Source: Salpingoeca rosetta (taxonomy: Eukaryota; Protista; Choanoflagellata). Taken from it: DNA of 64,000 nt. Where the stretch lies: positions 1,451,535 through 1,515,534 of the forward strand of contig JAWQFM010000001.1 of assembly GCA_033442325.1 (NCBI GenBank). Direction: 5' to 3'. Positions 40,420 through 63,705 of this stretch are shown here, in pieces. Below the pieces are notes generated by a model. That model made no database searches, was not told the DNA's origin, and worked only from the letters and a program-made list of their open reading frames with translations. The position numbers and the translations under genes are program-made. How positions within the stretch are numbered: position 1 is the stretch's first letter; the number at the start of each line of letters is the position of its first letter.

Positions 40420-41385
40420 GCATGGATTGACGGATGAATTGGGGTGAGTTGGACGAATTCGTTCATCCACACACACACACACACACATACACGTGCAAAC
40501 ACAGCGGCTTGTTCACATCATACCTGATGCCGCGGCTGGAGCCAGAGTCTGTGAGCGGCCGTGAAAACGATGTTCCAGGCCCTGTGTGCATTTAATCGCG
40601 CGTTGGTCGTGTGGTGAGCAAGCGGTACCATGTGATCGCCTTATTCAACAAAACAGCTGTAGTCCCGAGCAGACACACACGTCATGGACAAGCGCAAAGG
40701 CTGCAAGCGTCAGCCTTTGAAACTGACGTGGAACGCTGGCCACGGCGTTCTCGTCCAGCATAACCTCAGCAAGGCCCTCCTCCTCCAGTTCTGTCTCGTC
40801 GATGCGCACATCTTCTGTCAAGCAGCGCGTCTTCAAATACCACGCCGCCTGGTGTCCGTCGAGGCAAATGACAGCGTAAGTGAAGGTTGGATTGCGTGTG
40901 TGTGTGTGGGTGGGTGTGTGTGTGGGTGCGTGCATGTGAATGCATATGTGTGTGTGTGCGTGTGCGTGCGTGTGAATGCATATGTGTGTGTGTGTGTGTG
41001 TGCGTGCGTGCATTATGTGTGCATGTGTGGATGGGTCTGCACAGCAGGTGAAAGCAGGCACATCGTAGCAGACCCATCCCACGATGCTCACCTTGTCATA
41101 CGGATTCTTGGCCAGCAATTCAGAGCACACGTCCTACACGCACACGCACACGCACACGCACGCACACACATTGACATACATGTCAGAGTTAGGAAAATGG
41201 CGGATGAGTCGGCGCAGCGGCAGCAAGCCGCCATCCAAACCTCAGCGACGTGCATCAACACCAGCGCAAACAAACACAGACACAAAAAATAAAAAATAAG
41301 AATAAAGGACACTTGCCGCGGCCTCTGTGTATCGTCGCCTTCTGAACAGGAAGTGGGCATAGAACAAGGGATCAACCCCTTCCAT
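37096..41385 (-). CDS. TTC8: Tetratricopeptide repeat protein 8 (BBSome subunit BBS8), multi-exon
   Basis: [145 protein letters not shown]. Confidence 0.96.
38913..39168 (+). repeat. (CATA)n microsatellite in a BBS8 intron
   Basis: Direct reading. Confidence 0.95.
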
Positions 41386-41554
41386 CGTTGCCTGCTGTTG
41401 TCTGTTGGTGTGGCCGCTGTGTCTGCTTCTCAGTGCATCCGCTTCAACGTCGCAGCCAGCGTTCACAACTGCCAAACAACGGCGGAGAGATTTTGCCAAC
41501 TTTCAACAAGTGGTAAACACAGAAACGCCCACAGCTCGCCACTGCAGATTAGTG

Positions 41555-41653
41555 TTTGAAAACATGACAAGGAAAATTATTTGAAATTTTAAACCAATCG
41601 TCATTGCCCGCCAAAAAACCGCTCGAACAGCTGTGTTTTGTGCGACTTCCCGC
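41555..41653 (+). promoter_or_regulatory. Cluster of CHR/CCAAT/E2F-like motifs upstream of MCM6 (bidirectional BBS8/MCM6 promoter)
   Basis: TTTGAA 41555-41560 and 41580-41585, TTTAAA 41588-41593, CCAAT 41594-41598, CCCGCCAAA (reverse TTTGGCGGG) 41607-41615, TTCCCGC 41647-41653, all in a rare AT-rich patch. Confidence 0.5.
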
Positions 41654-41839
41654 ACAACACCGGAACCACTGCACACATACGTCCATCGTCGTGCTTGTGC
41701 TTGGCGTGTGAGATCCTCTCTCCCTTCTCTTCTTCCCGCACACAGCAGCTCACAGCAGCAGCAGCAGCACACAGCGACTCGCGACACAGCTCACGACATC
41801 ACAGCATTCAAACGCACACACATACGTGAACACGGGATC

Positions 41840-49647
<7,808 letters not shown>

Positions 49648-50258
49648 ACATACACACACATACACACGCATACACACGCATACATACATTCATGACACAT
49701 GTGCACGTGTAGTTCCTACAAGAATCACGCAGACGTGCACGCACATCCTCTTCATGCTTGCTTGCCCCTGTTCACACGCCGCTGTTTCGTTCTGGCCTGC
49801 ACGTTCCTTCTTCATTGTTGTGCGCCCACCTTCTTCTTATCAAGACCTGGTGCTGATAGCAGTGTACTGTTCTTGCATGATGTGCTGTTATTGTGTCTCT
49901 TCCATCTCTTCTCTCTCTCTCTCTACCTTCCCATCACCACTCATCCTAGGACGCCCATATGTTTTGTTTGCTTTGTTTGCTTGCGTGTTACGTTGTTCAT
50001 TGTTTGAGTACATCTTGTTCCCGCGTTTTGTTGACATGGCACGCGAATAACAGCAGTGATGAATGAATGCACAGAACGTGTAACCAAGAGAACCAAGGGA
50101 GAGAAGGAGAAAGGGGGAGGCAGAGAGAAAGAGAGATCGTGCAAATCAGAAAGCGGACACACGTGTCCTTCCACCGCAACACCACAACACCACGCACGAC
50201 AACGAAGCAATCGCTGGTGGAATGTGTGTGTGTGTGTGAGAGAGAGAGAGAGGCTTCA

Positions 50259-50427
50259 CTACTGCTTGCCAAGCTGTTCCCTGAGCTCCTTGATCTGGTG
50301 GTTCTTCGTGTCGAGCATCTTGCGCATGTTCACAAACTGCGGCGCCGCGTGCACTTTCGCCTCCAGCGCCGCCTCCACCTCACGCAACTTGGCAGACAGC
50401 GACAGAATCTCCGCCTGCAGTGCAAGG

Positions 50428-50498
<71 letters not shown>

Positions 50499-51301
50499 TG
50501 AGTGAGTGAGAGTACATGCAGTCGTAACAACCAACAAAAGCGACAGCAGGACAGCCGCAGCACGAGCCAATGCGAGTGTGCAAGCAAAGTATTACAGCGC
50601 AACCCAAACGTCGCACCTTTGCAGATTTGAGCTCGGTCTCCACTTTGTCTTTTGCCTTCTCAAGCTGTTGGTACAGCAGCAATGCATGTCGTGCAGCGTG
50701 AGGTGGCGGTGAAACAAGGACTGATCCTCCAACGCACACAACAGACACAAGTCACACACATACACGCACACGCACACACACACACACGCACACGCACACG
50801 CACACACACACATGCACATGCACACGGTGCACGTACCTCTTGCACCTGTTGCTTGGCTTTGTCGCCATTGCCACTTGGCTGCGCTGACGTTGGCGGTGGC
50901 TTTGGCACAGGTGTTGACGTTGTTGCTGTTGCTGTTGCTGCTTTTGCTTCCAACTCCGCAATCCTCTGCTTCAACGCCTCGTTTTCCTTTGCAACCTCAA
51001 CAGCCTGACCAACGCGTTGAGGTGTGCGTGTGTGTGCGTTTGTGCGTGTGTGTGCGTTTGTGCGTGTGTGTGTGTGTGTAAGTGTGTGTGTGTGTGTGCG
51101 TTTGTGCGTATGTGTGCGTGTGTGTGCTTATGAGGCAAGCTGCCAGCACCGCTGGGGAAAAGTGACTCTTCTCACCCTTCCACACACACATACACACACA
51201 CAAACATCCCCTCTCACGTTCATCCTCTTCTCTCACCCTCTGGTCCGCCCGCTGCTGCGCATCGCGCGCCGTCTGCACTTCAGACCTGAGCGCGTCCATC
51301 T

Positions 51302-51332
<31 letters not shown>

Positions 51333-51605
51333 TGTGTGTGTGTGTGTGTGTGTGTTAGCTGATTTTGGATTTGCGTGTGGGGAAGGGTGGAGATGCATGC
51401 ACGAGCGTGTGTGTGGCGGCGGTGACGCACGTGTTTAATGAGCGCTGGGGACGCAGACTCCTTGAGCGGCTCCAACTTCGGGGCGCCGAGCGACTGGACG
51501 GTCGGGGGAACGCGCGAGCAGTGACATCATACGTGAGAAAACAAAACAGAGTACAGGGTATGCGCGACACACACCACGCACACACACACACACACACTGA
51601 TACAC

Positions 51606-51636
<31 letters not shown>

Positions 51637-52720
51637 CGAGCTTGCTGATTCCTGGCGCTCAAAGCGGGCAATGTCGTCCAGCGCATGTCTATCAGTGCGC
51701 GCAGCACAAGGCGAGCAAGGGGTAAGCTGAACCGGAGGTGCAAACGGGGGGGGGGGTTGTAGAGGCGTCGTCGTTGCACTGTCTGCCTGCTCAACTTTCT
51801 CAAGTCCATGAAATCCAACACGGTGCGATTGAAGGCTCTGTACTTTCACCTGTCCTCGAGCGTGCCCGTCTCCAGCTTGAATGTCAGCTTCCACTCCTCG
51901 CCTTGCTCCATCATCTGCACCACGCAGGCAGTGATGAGCAACCACCAGCACCAACAGCGATCATGCCCAGATCAAGAACCAGACACACATGCCGACTCAA
52001 GTGCACAGCACACACACACACGCACGCACGCACACACGCACGCAACCGCGGCAAGTGCCGGTGACATGAGCAGACTAATAGGGTTGTGAAAGCACCTTTC
52101 GCAGGACAAGGACGTTTGTGTGAGAGCTGTTGATGAGTTCTGTCTCCACATCTCCCTTTACGACGTCGCATAGCCCATCCACCATGTCTTCTACTTCCTC
52201 CCTCGTGAACGTGGAATCTTGCAGCCTGCACCAGACGAATGTGAGAAGGGTGTGCATGTTGGTGCAGTGGTGCAGTGGTGCAGTGCTGCGTCGGGCCTTT
52301 CCAGAGGCACATATGCACATGTATACACAGATGAACAGGTACATCCACACTCACAGGCACATCCACACATCCACACATCCACACATCCACACATGTCTAC
52401 AGAACCACACATCGATACACACATACGCACTCATGACGCACCTGCTTTCTTTGAGATCGGTGAAGGTGGCTTCAATGTCGCGAACGTGCTGTGTGCGCTT
52501 GTACCGCATAAACGCAAGGTAGTCCTTGCACACATGCTTGTGTGTCTCATTCAACTTGTCCTATACACACACACACACACGTGAGGTTGCAACCAAACCA
52601 AGCGACAAGCAAGAGGTGGTCGCGTGAGAGAGCAAACCAAGCGCACCGACGAGGGTAACACTCAACAAGCAACAACAGAACACAAACACAGCGACTGCAA
52701 CAAGCAAGCGCGCTCACCAT
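50259..52720 (-). CDS. LZTFL1: Leucine zipper transcription factor-like protein 1 (BBS17), multi-exon; first coding exon is ATG only
   Basis: M|DKLNETHKHVCKDYLAFMRYKRTQHVRDIEATFTDLKESR|LQDSTFTREEV..DVETELINSSHTNVLVLRK|MMEQGEEWKL..LEDR, and C-terminal FVNMRKMLDTKNHQIKELR. Colinear with LZTFL1. Confidence 0.92.
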
Positions 52721-52860
52721 CTTCGTTGCTGTTGCTGTTGCTCCTTCTTGTTTTCTTCTTCTTCTTCTTCTTCTTGCTTGCTTGTGAAAAAACGGTCGCA
52801 AAAACCATTCACGCACAAACACACGCACGCACACGCAGGCAGGCAGTGACACCCGCCAAT

Positions 52861-53498
52861 ATGGATCTGCTGTTGAGCAAGTCGAAGGAGCTTGCACGAC
52901 GCACGCGCGATGGCGTGCAGCGACGCGTGGATGTGAACGACCCCGTGCGCCTGCTGGCTGTTGCCCAGGCGCACGCTCGCCCCGCCCACCACCAAGACAA
53001 AACCATGCACACCCTCAACGCGTACGAGAAGCACCACAAAAGAGAGAAAGAGGGAGACATACGAAGAGGGTGTGTGTGTGTGCCTGCGCGCGTGCGTGCA
53101 TTGTGTAGTGAGTGTAGTGAGTGGATATGCTTCAGTGCTCTGTGTGGTGTGTGTGTGTGTGTGCCTGACAACATCTCTCTCAGGACGTTGTCCTCGAAGC
53201 CTTGCTTTGCTTTGACACATGTCTGCGCACGTTCTTGGTCTCACACTTTTGTCTGCGCACACACGGCAGGCAACGGTTGCTTGGGGACCAAATGGATGTG
53301 GACAACTACCTCCACCTGAAGAACGTCAAGCTCATGACAGCTGCCGAGCCTTTCATCTCCTCTCAACCAGCCTCTGTCGAGGTGAGCTCGTCCTTGTTCT
53401 GCAGTACACGCCGCGGTGTTGCCACTGTTTTGTGTACGCATGTTGTATCCACAGAAGTGCCATCGCTGACACTAGCAACAATACACTGTGCATGACCG

Positions 53499-53548
<50 letters not shown>

Positions 53549-54797
53549 AGGAGTTTCTCAAGGCTGAGCGCCAGAATGCCCTCATCTCCGCAGTTACCAG
53601 TGCACAGGAAGCGGTGTGTGCTTGTGTCTCAGATAATCCGGGCTTCGTTCACGATGCATGTGGACACAGTGGTTTTGTTGCCGTGTGCATGTACGTTCGT
53701 TTGCGTACGTGTGCGCTCATTTCGACCCTGGTGTGCGTCGCTGTGTGCAGGCTGTTCGTGACTTTCACCAGCAACACTTTGACCATCTCCAACACGAGTG
53801 GGAGCACACGGAGAAGGCCGAGATCCGCAAAATCCTCGGTGTCGAACTGGTCCGTCAGTCAACCTGCGCGTGTCTATGTGTTTGAGTGTGCCTGTGTCTG
53901 TGTGTCTATGTTTCTGTGTCTGTGCGTGTATCTGTGTGCAAGCCTAAACCTATACTTACCTCTGCTTCAACATGAAATGCGCCACACTCACCACAACACA
54001 CAATGTTTCCTGTGATTCCTGCTGCTACTGGTGTACCTGTTCGTCCGTTACCTGGTTGCAGGACGTCACTTCAAGCTCCCTCGCCCAGAAGGTGGCCGCT
54101 TAATCAACACCATCAGCCACCTTGCCCAGCACCACACTTCATGTGTCTCCAACAACCCCTGCTCCTCACTCACCCAACGACACGTGCACATATGCATACA
54201 AACAACACAAACAAACACGCGTGCACACATGCAAACACACACTCACACACCCTCACACGTACGCGTGTGTGTGTGTCCACAGGATCAGTCCAATGTGTTC
54301 CAGGACGTCATTGAAGACTTTGTCGGTCACATCATCGACAACGTGAGTCGACACGCCCGTGCGAGATGAGAGAAGAGCGAATGTGACGTGCTGATGAATG
54401 ATGTGTTTGCACAATGGATATGTGGCTGACGTTGCACGCGGTGTTTGAGTGCCGCGTTCCCTTTGCCAACCACATACACACCACACACACGCACACGCAC
54501 ACACAATACAACGCGAACATGTAACGTACGCACGCTCTTACGATTGCCCGATGCGTTGTGCTTTGCCTGTGCAACACAAGACTGCACCGTATCCGATTGT
54601 GGAGCGACTGAAGGAGGCCGCCACGACCCTCTACTCCCAGGTCCGCGCTCTCCTTCTGCATGCCATGCATATGTGACTGTGTGCGTGTGTGTCTGTTTGT
54701 TTGTATGTATGTCTGTTTGTTTGTTTGTATGTATGTATGTATGTATGTATGTATGTATGTATGTATGTATGTATGTATGTATGTATGTATGTATGTG

Positions 54798-54836
<39 letters not shown>

Positions 54837-56426
54837 GCCTGTGTCTGTGTCTGTCTGTATATGTCTGTGTGTGTGTGAGCACATCCCCCTTCTTTGCCCC
54901 CTCCCACGCACAAACACACACACACATACTAATGCACAACTACACAAACGAACCGTGCCTGGTCTGGCTGGTTCACCTGCTGCTTCCCGCGTGCGCAGGA
55001 CCAGCGGGCGTTTGTGGACTGCCTTGAGATTGTGCAGTCGATGCTCCGTCCGCCCGAGGGCCCGCTCCACGCCGCACACTACGCCAAGGTGCGCCCACTG
55101 CTGATGCTGCTGCTGCAGTGCCTGCGCGTGCGTTGGCGTGCGGGACGTTTGCTATTGTGCCACCACCACAACCGCCGCCACCACCACCACGATTGTTTCA
55201 CTCACCCACCGCCACCACCACCACCCATCATCATCACCACCATCACCACCGCCGCCATCCGTGACCAGCTGCGTACGACACGTGACGGGCGGCAGCAGTA
55301 TGTGCAGCAGATGCGGCGCAGCGCCATCACGAAACTGCAGGAGCGATACCGGGCCAAGCTCGCCGGCGCCGACCTGGAGTCGTTTGCGCGGGCCAAGCGC
55401 ACACAGCACCTGCTGCACGACATGACGCGCGACGACGAGCAGTGGGCGGTGCTGTTCTATGCGCTGCGCATGGGCCTGAGGGAGGAGGCACTGCACACCA
55501 ACCTCTGCCAGCAGGACGCAGACCTCCACGAGGCCGTCGCAAGCGCTTTCGCCTTCCAACAGTGCGTCGTGTAGGAGGAGAGGGGGTTGGCAGGGAGCAG
55601 TGATGGTGTGGTGATAAGTGTGAGAGACAGAGACAGAGAGGGAGACTGGGGATTGCGTGCGTGCACGCTTTCGTGTTTGGCAATTTGTTGCCTTCGTGGT
55701 TTGGATTTGTGTACCACCCTCACACCACCACCATACCCATTACCACACGCTATCAGGCCGTCGTTCCTGCGCACCGCTGACGGGCGCTCGCTCGTACGTA
55801 TCTCCACCACGCGCCGGTGTTCGGTCGCCGTGATGTTCCGCCCGATCTCTTTCATTTTCTTTTTCGCGCGCACACAAACACACAAACAAACAAACTCTGT
55901 CTCACTTTCTCGCACACATACACACACGCACACACGCACACATACACACACACATACACACATGTCTACCATCACCACCACCAGTATGAGCGGGGTGTGC
56001 TTGCGCTCCTGAGCGGCTCTCCCGACAATTTTCCGCGTGAACTTCAGCAGGAAAACCTCGAGGACTACCTCTGGTTCAAGGTGGGGATGCAATCTTTGGG
56101 GAGGGATGTCGTGCCGTGCTGTGCGTGGATTTGTGTGTGCGTGTGCGTGTGCGTGGGTGTGGGTGTGGGTGTGGATGTGGGTGTGTGGGGGGGGGGGGTG
56201 TGGGTGGGTGTGGGTGTGCGTGTGCGTGTGTGCGTGTGCGTGTGCGTGTGTTTGGTGTTGATGATCGCCACCAATCCTCAAGCCCCATCGGTTGTTGACG
56301 GCTCACACGCGCGTGCATGGTCACGACAGCTGCGGTCGCTGCCGGAAAACGACGTGGCGCAGTACACGGAGTTCCAGAAGCTCATCAGCAAGTCATACGG
56401 TGCGTTGAGTTCCACACGCACGCACG

Positions 56427-56498
<72 letters not shown>

Positions 56499-56943
56499 CC
56501 GCTGTTTTTCGCAATGTTGTCCCACACTTGTGTGCAACATCTACACAAACACCCCCACACGTGTGCACTCACTCACACTCACTTGCGCCCCCACGAATGT
56601 GTTCTCACACGCTACGCTATGCTCACTCACACATACCTATGCACCTTAACGAACGTGCACACACTTGCGCCCACGGTGGCTGGGCACAGGCGAGTCGCAC
56701 TTCCAGGCGGCACGCAACCCGTGGAACTACCTGTTTGCGCTTCTGTTCACGGCGCAGTTTGAGCGGGCGGTTGAGTTTCTGCAGCGGGTTGACCTTGAGC
56801 TCGCTGTGCATCTCGCCATTCCCCTGCACCACTACGGCGCCCTGGACGCAACAGAGGACATCTCAGAGAACACACGTGAGCTGCACTGTGCTGATGAGGT
56901 GGTGGTGGCGGTGGTCATGGTGCTGTTTATGTTGTGTGGTGTT

Positions 56944-56976
<33 letters not shown>

Positions 56977-58923
56977 GTTATGTTGTGTGTTGTTTGCATT
57001 GTGTGTGTATATGCGCACATGCAAGTATTAACCTTTCTTTGATCAGTCCCTCACACACACACACACACATGTCCTCTCTCACATACAAACGGCCGCAATG
57101 ACGACAATGTTGCGGGTTTATGCGAGCAGTGGTTGAGCAGCCTGGAGAGGTTGCGTGCCTGTACAACTTTGGCCTGCTGGTGCAGCGGTATGCGCGTCTG
57201 ATCATGCGTCAGTCCCCAGCCACCGCCCTCAACTACCTCTACCTCGTCAGGTATGTCAACCTGTCTTGAAGACAATGGTGGTCCTGATGATGATGATGAC
57301 ATGTGAAGGAGCGTGCTTCATAGGTGGCGCGCATGCAAACACACGAAATACACAACTTGCAAGCAAATGCGCGCGCTCACGGTCGCTTTTTCACCCACCA
57401 CCACGGCTCATTGCTGATCATCACCATCAACTCCATCAACTCCATCGCTGTCGCTGTCGCTGCCAACAACCAGGTCGATGAAGCTTTCGTCGGCTGCGGA
57501 CTCACCGTCCGTGTTTGTCGTAAACTTTGCTGACGTCATCCTGGAAAACAACGACGTGCGTGGTCGTGCATACGGTGCTGTGATGGGGAGGTGACGGACT
57601 GCACATGCATGTCAAGAGACACAGGCTCAGTGGTGAGGATGTTGGGGGTGGGAGTGATAGTGGTGATTGTGATGTGCGTTACATGCCAGCCAGCTCACGG
57701 TGTGCCCTTTGAATGGTGATGGTGCCAACAGCTTGCCTTGCTCGGTGGCTACGACACGTCCATGCGCCAGGTACTATACCTGCCTTCGAATCAAACACAC
57801 CCCTCCCCGGCGCGTATCGTGTCTTCCTGTGTTCTTGGCCGGAGGTTTGCGGCTGCTCACGCTGCTCCGAAACACTCCTACGCCTTCCCCTGCCGCTTTC
57901 CCGTTTAGGTGCTTGGTGGCGATCTTGTCCGGTTTATGCCGGACATCAGCGCCCGTCACCGTTTCCTGCGCGATCTTGCGATTGAATTCCGCTCCCGGGG
58001 CAAATTCCCAGAGGCCATCAGGCTCTTCCAGGAGGCACAGGTGAGGGCAGTGGCGGTGATTTTGGTGTTCTTGTTCTTGTTCTTGTTCTTGTCCTTGTTC
58101 TTGTTCTTGTTCTTGTCCTTGTCCTTGTCCTTGTTCTTGTCCTTGTCCTTGTTCTTGTTCTTGTCCTTGTCCTTGTTCTTGTTCTTGTCCTTGTCCTTGT
58201 CCTTGTTTGGTGCTGACGCTGCTGTTGCTGGTGCTTGTGCTCGCAACAGGAGGATGACGAGGCCACAAACCTGCTCATCGAGAAGCTGACGGAGGTAAAC
58301 TGATCCGGCAAGGACTCACACACATACACATACATACACATACACACCCACATACATACACATACACCAGCATACACAAGCACACTAAATCACACACATA
58401 CACATGCACACATACGCACGTACACGCACACACTAATCGCCCCTTGCCCCTCCCGCCTCCCTGCTGGGTGGCCAACTTGCAGGTGATTATCCTTGACGAC
58501 CACGACGACATTGCGTGGAGCCAGTACTTGGAGCGCAGCCGCTTCGTCCCTGCAGACGCCCCGCGCCGCGCAGACATCGACGTCCTCGAAAACGTGCGTG
58601 CAGCCACTGTCAACCCTGGTCGTGGTTCTCATAGTCGTGGTCGTGGTGGCTGTGATCGTGATCGTGACGGTGGTCATGGTGGTCGTCGTGAACGGGCGCT
58701 TGACGCCTGGGGCTTGGAGGAGTCAGGGCATGCGCTGAGGGCAGTCGTTGGCCGTGGTATTGACATGCTCGTTGCTGTGTTTTCGCTTTATCATCGCCGC
58801 TGCGGGACTGCATCTGGACGGCGACAGGTTGTGCAATTCATCTACGCGTGCCACCGCGAGACAACAACAGACCCGCTCTTCTTCTGGCAGGTGCGGACTG
58901 GTCTTTGTGTGTGTGTGTGTGTG

Positions 58924-58968
<45 letters not shown>

Positions 58969-59794
58969 CTTCTGATTCACCTTGTACGTGATGCTGGTCA
59001 TCGCAGCGGCTTACGTGCTGCATATCCTTTCAATTCACCCAATGGTATCTCCTTGTACGTGTATGTGTGTGCGTGGGCAGGAGCTGAACCGCATGCAAGT
59101 GTTCCCGCTGCACCCGGACGAGGTCGACACGTGCATGCGCAAGATCCAGTCCCTCGGCAAAGAGGTTCGACCTGCCGTGCTTGTTCAAGCTCCCCGTGCT
59201 GTGCTTGCCTGCTTGCATACATCTCTATGTGCGTGAGTGTGGTCTCTGCTTGCGTTCTTGCTGATGACGACGTTGTTGCCACACGCGCAGGTGTCGGCCG
59301 TGTTCCCGTCGCTCATCTTCTACGCCATGCGCCTCACGGAGCACAAGCTCAGGGCGGTACGTTTGCACATGACACATACACGCACACACGTGTGCGCAGA
59401 AGCATGCATGCAAGCAGGTTGAGGCTGTGCCGTGATGTTCGTGCATCGTCTTGCACGCCTACTTATGCTCACCCATAATCATCATCAATTGCGAATGCTC
59501 ATGGATTTACCCACTGCCACATCCCCCACACCACCACTCGCTTCCGCTGTATCCATCATTTTCACCGCGGTAACTGCTCATTGCACGAAACGACAGCACC
59601 AGCAGCGCGTCTCTGGCCACTTTGACGTGCCAGAGGAAGCGAAGAACTGGCAGCAGCGCGGGCGTGCCCTACTGACGTTTGCGGTGGAGATGGGTCACAC
59701 CTTTGGCGCAGAGAAGGCGCAGGTGCTTGAGCGGCTGCAGCTGCTGGTCGAGTCTGTCGAGACGAGCATGCGCGTGTTTGCCGGCCACCCATAA
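52861..59794 (+). CDS. NUP93: Nucleoporin Nup93/Nic96, many exons
   Basis: EFLKAERQNALISAV, HEWEHTEKAEIRKILG, WAVLFYALRMG, LEDYLWFKL, YGESHF..NPWNYLFALLFTAQFERAVEFL..AVHLAIPLHHYGAL, NFGLLVQRY..ALNYLYL, RGRALLTFA. Confidence 0.88.
58065..58207 (+). repeat. (TTGTTC/TTGTCC)n hexanucleotide repeat in a NUP93 intron
   Basis: Direct reading; source of the spurious QEQGQG/KNKDKD ORFs. Confidence 0.93.
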
Positions 59795-59853
59795 GCAAAG
59801 AACGTTGCGCAGCTGGATTTTCACTTGGCGTTGCACTTTGGATATGCGACACG

Positions 59854-59893
<40 letters not shown>

Positions 59894-60203
59894 TTGGTGT
59901 GTCTTGGTGTGTCTGTGTCTTGGTGTGTCTTGGTGTTGGTCTTGCTCTGCTCGTTGATGCTGTTGTTGGAGAATGAATACACGGTGCAACCTTTACAGCA
60001 CATCCTCTGTGTGTTCTTATCGTGTATTGAGAGGAAAGCAATTAGAGGCAACGAAAAGGACACGAGGAACAAGAGCAACCGCACATTTGAACGGTGTTGA
60101 TGGTGACGTGAGAATTTCACCTTTGCTGTGGCTGCAAACTCGGTTGAATTACAGCAAAACATACATGTTGTGCGTGTGTGTGTGTGTGTTTGATGCTGTC
60201 CGT

Positions 60204-60572
60204 TTACTTGTGGTGAGAACCGCTGTCCACGTCATCCAGGCGAACGGAGCCGGCAACATCAACCATGCTCAGCCCAGACGCTGTTGAGGCAAGCGAGGAG
60301 CACACATGGAAATGAGAAAGATGAGGTTGGCGCAACAGTTGGGTCGGGAGACAGCACAACAACATGAGTTGCAACTGGTGACAGACTGAGGAGGGCGAGA
60401 TGAGAAGTGCGAGCGCGAGCAGAGCACGGACCAAATGATGCGAAATACTCGTCCTTGGAAATGAGCTTGTCACCATCCGCGTCCAGCTGCGACCAGATCT
60501 GTCCACGATGTGTGTGTGTTTGTGTTTGTGTTTGTGTTTGTGTGTGTGTGTGTGCAAGTGTGAGTGTGCAAG

Positions 60573-60627
<55 letters not shown>

Positions 60628-61141
60628 AAAGGCGGAAGGCAGGACAGCCGCACGAGGAGGCACTGACTGCGGCAAGTGAGCCGTCACCATGTCAAACGTT
60701 GCGCTGTGGTCGAACTCTGGAGGCATGTCCATGTCGCGGTGCATGTTCTCATACATCTGTTGGATAGAGACGGAGGAGTGTGAGCCACGCGCACGCACGG
60801 TATCAAGCCACATGCTGAACACATGTTGTGATGTTCATCAGCAAACACACGAATACACGCGCACGCAGACATGCACAACGTACTGTGTCCAATTCATGCG
60901 CGTTCAGGTACCCATCGCCATCCTGGTCATACTCCTGTTCACGCATGCACGACAACAACAACCCCCAAAATGAAGGGAGGTGCTTGAGCTGCGCCACGTA
61001 CAAGGTTGGCCCATGCAATGACAAACGCATGCACAGCTCAAGTGCAACGCACAGCGTACCGCAAACAGGGCATCTCGGTCAAAGTCCACTGCCTTGGTGG
61101 CATGCCTGCGCATATACATTCGCATGCGTGTGTGCGTGCGT

Positions 61142-61199
<58 letters not shown>

Positions 61200-61489
61200 G
61201 TGCGTGTGTGTGTGCGTGTGTGTGTGTGTGTGTACGTGTGTGTGTACGTGTGTGCGTAAATATAATGTGTGAATGTGTATGTGTGCGTAAACATGTGCGT
61301 GCATGTGTGTGTGAGTGTGCTGCGCTGTGCGTGCATGGCTTGATGTCTAACACGACACCATGCGAGAAAAAAGAAGGCTTGAAGGTGTGGGCAAATAATG
61401 ACAGCAGGGCGTGTCAGCACTCACGCTGGGTTCTGCACGACGTTCAAAGCAGCACTCACGCAGCCCAACAACACAGCAACAACAAGCAT
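60204..61489 (-). CDS. Small secreted two-EF-hand protein (MCFD2-like architecture), about 6 exons
   Basis: Signal peptide [15 protein letters not shown], then NPA|[15 protein letters not shown]|[17 protein letters not shown]|[11 protein letters not shown]|[22 protein letters not shown]|ASGLS..SHHK*. Splice phases are consistent. Confidence 0.75.
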
Positions 61490-61667
61490 GCGACACAGCG
61501 CCCATCTTGGTTGGTTTATTTGCAGAAAATTATGAGTGGTGTTTTCAATCTTCATAACTGCCTGTGGTTTGTTTACTTCAACTCATCCTCGCTCAACTTT
61601 CCTGCTCAAACGTCTCACTCAACTCTGCTGCTCTCGTTCTCGCTCACACGCACGAAAAGACACGACG

Positions 61668-63705
<2,038 letters not shown>

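Noticed and set aside
57774-58383. QGQEQE / KNKDKD / RTRTRT repeat proteins
   Set aside because: Hexamer microsatellite inside a GT-AG intron of NUP93.
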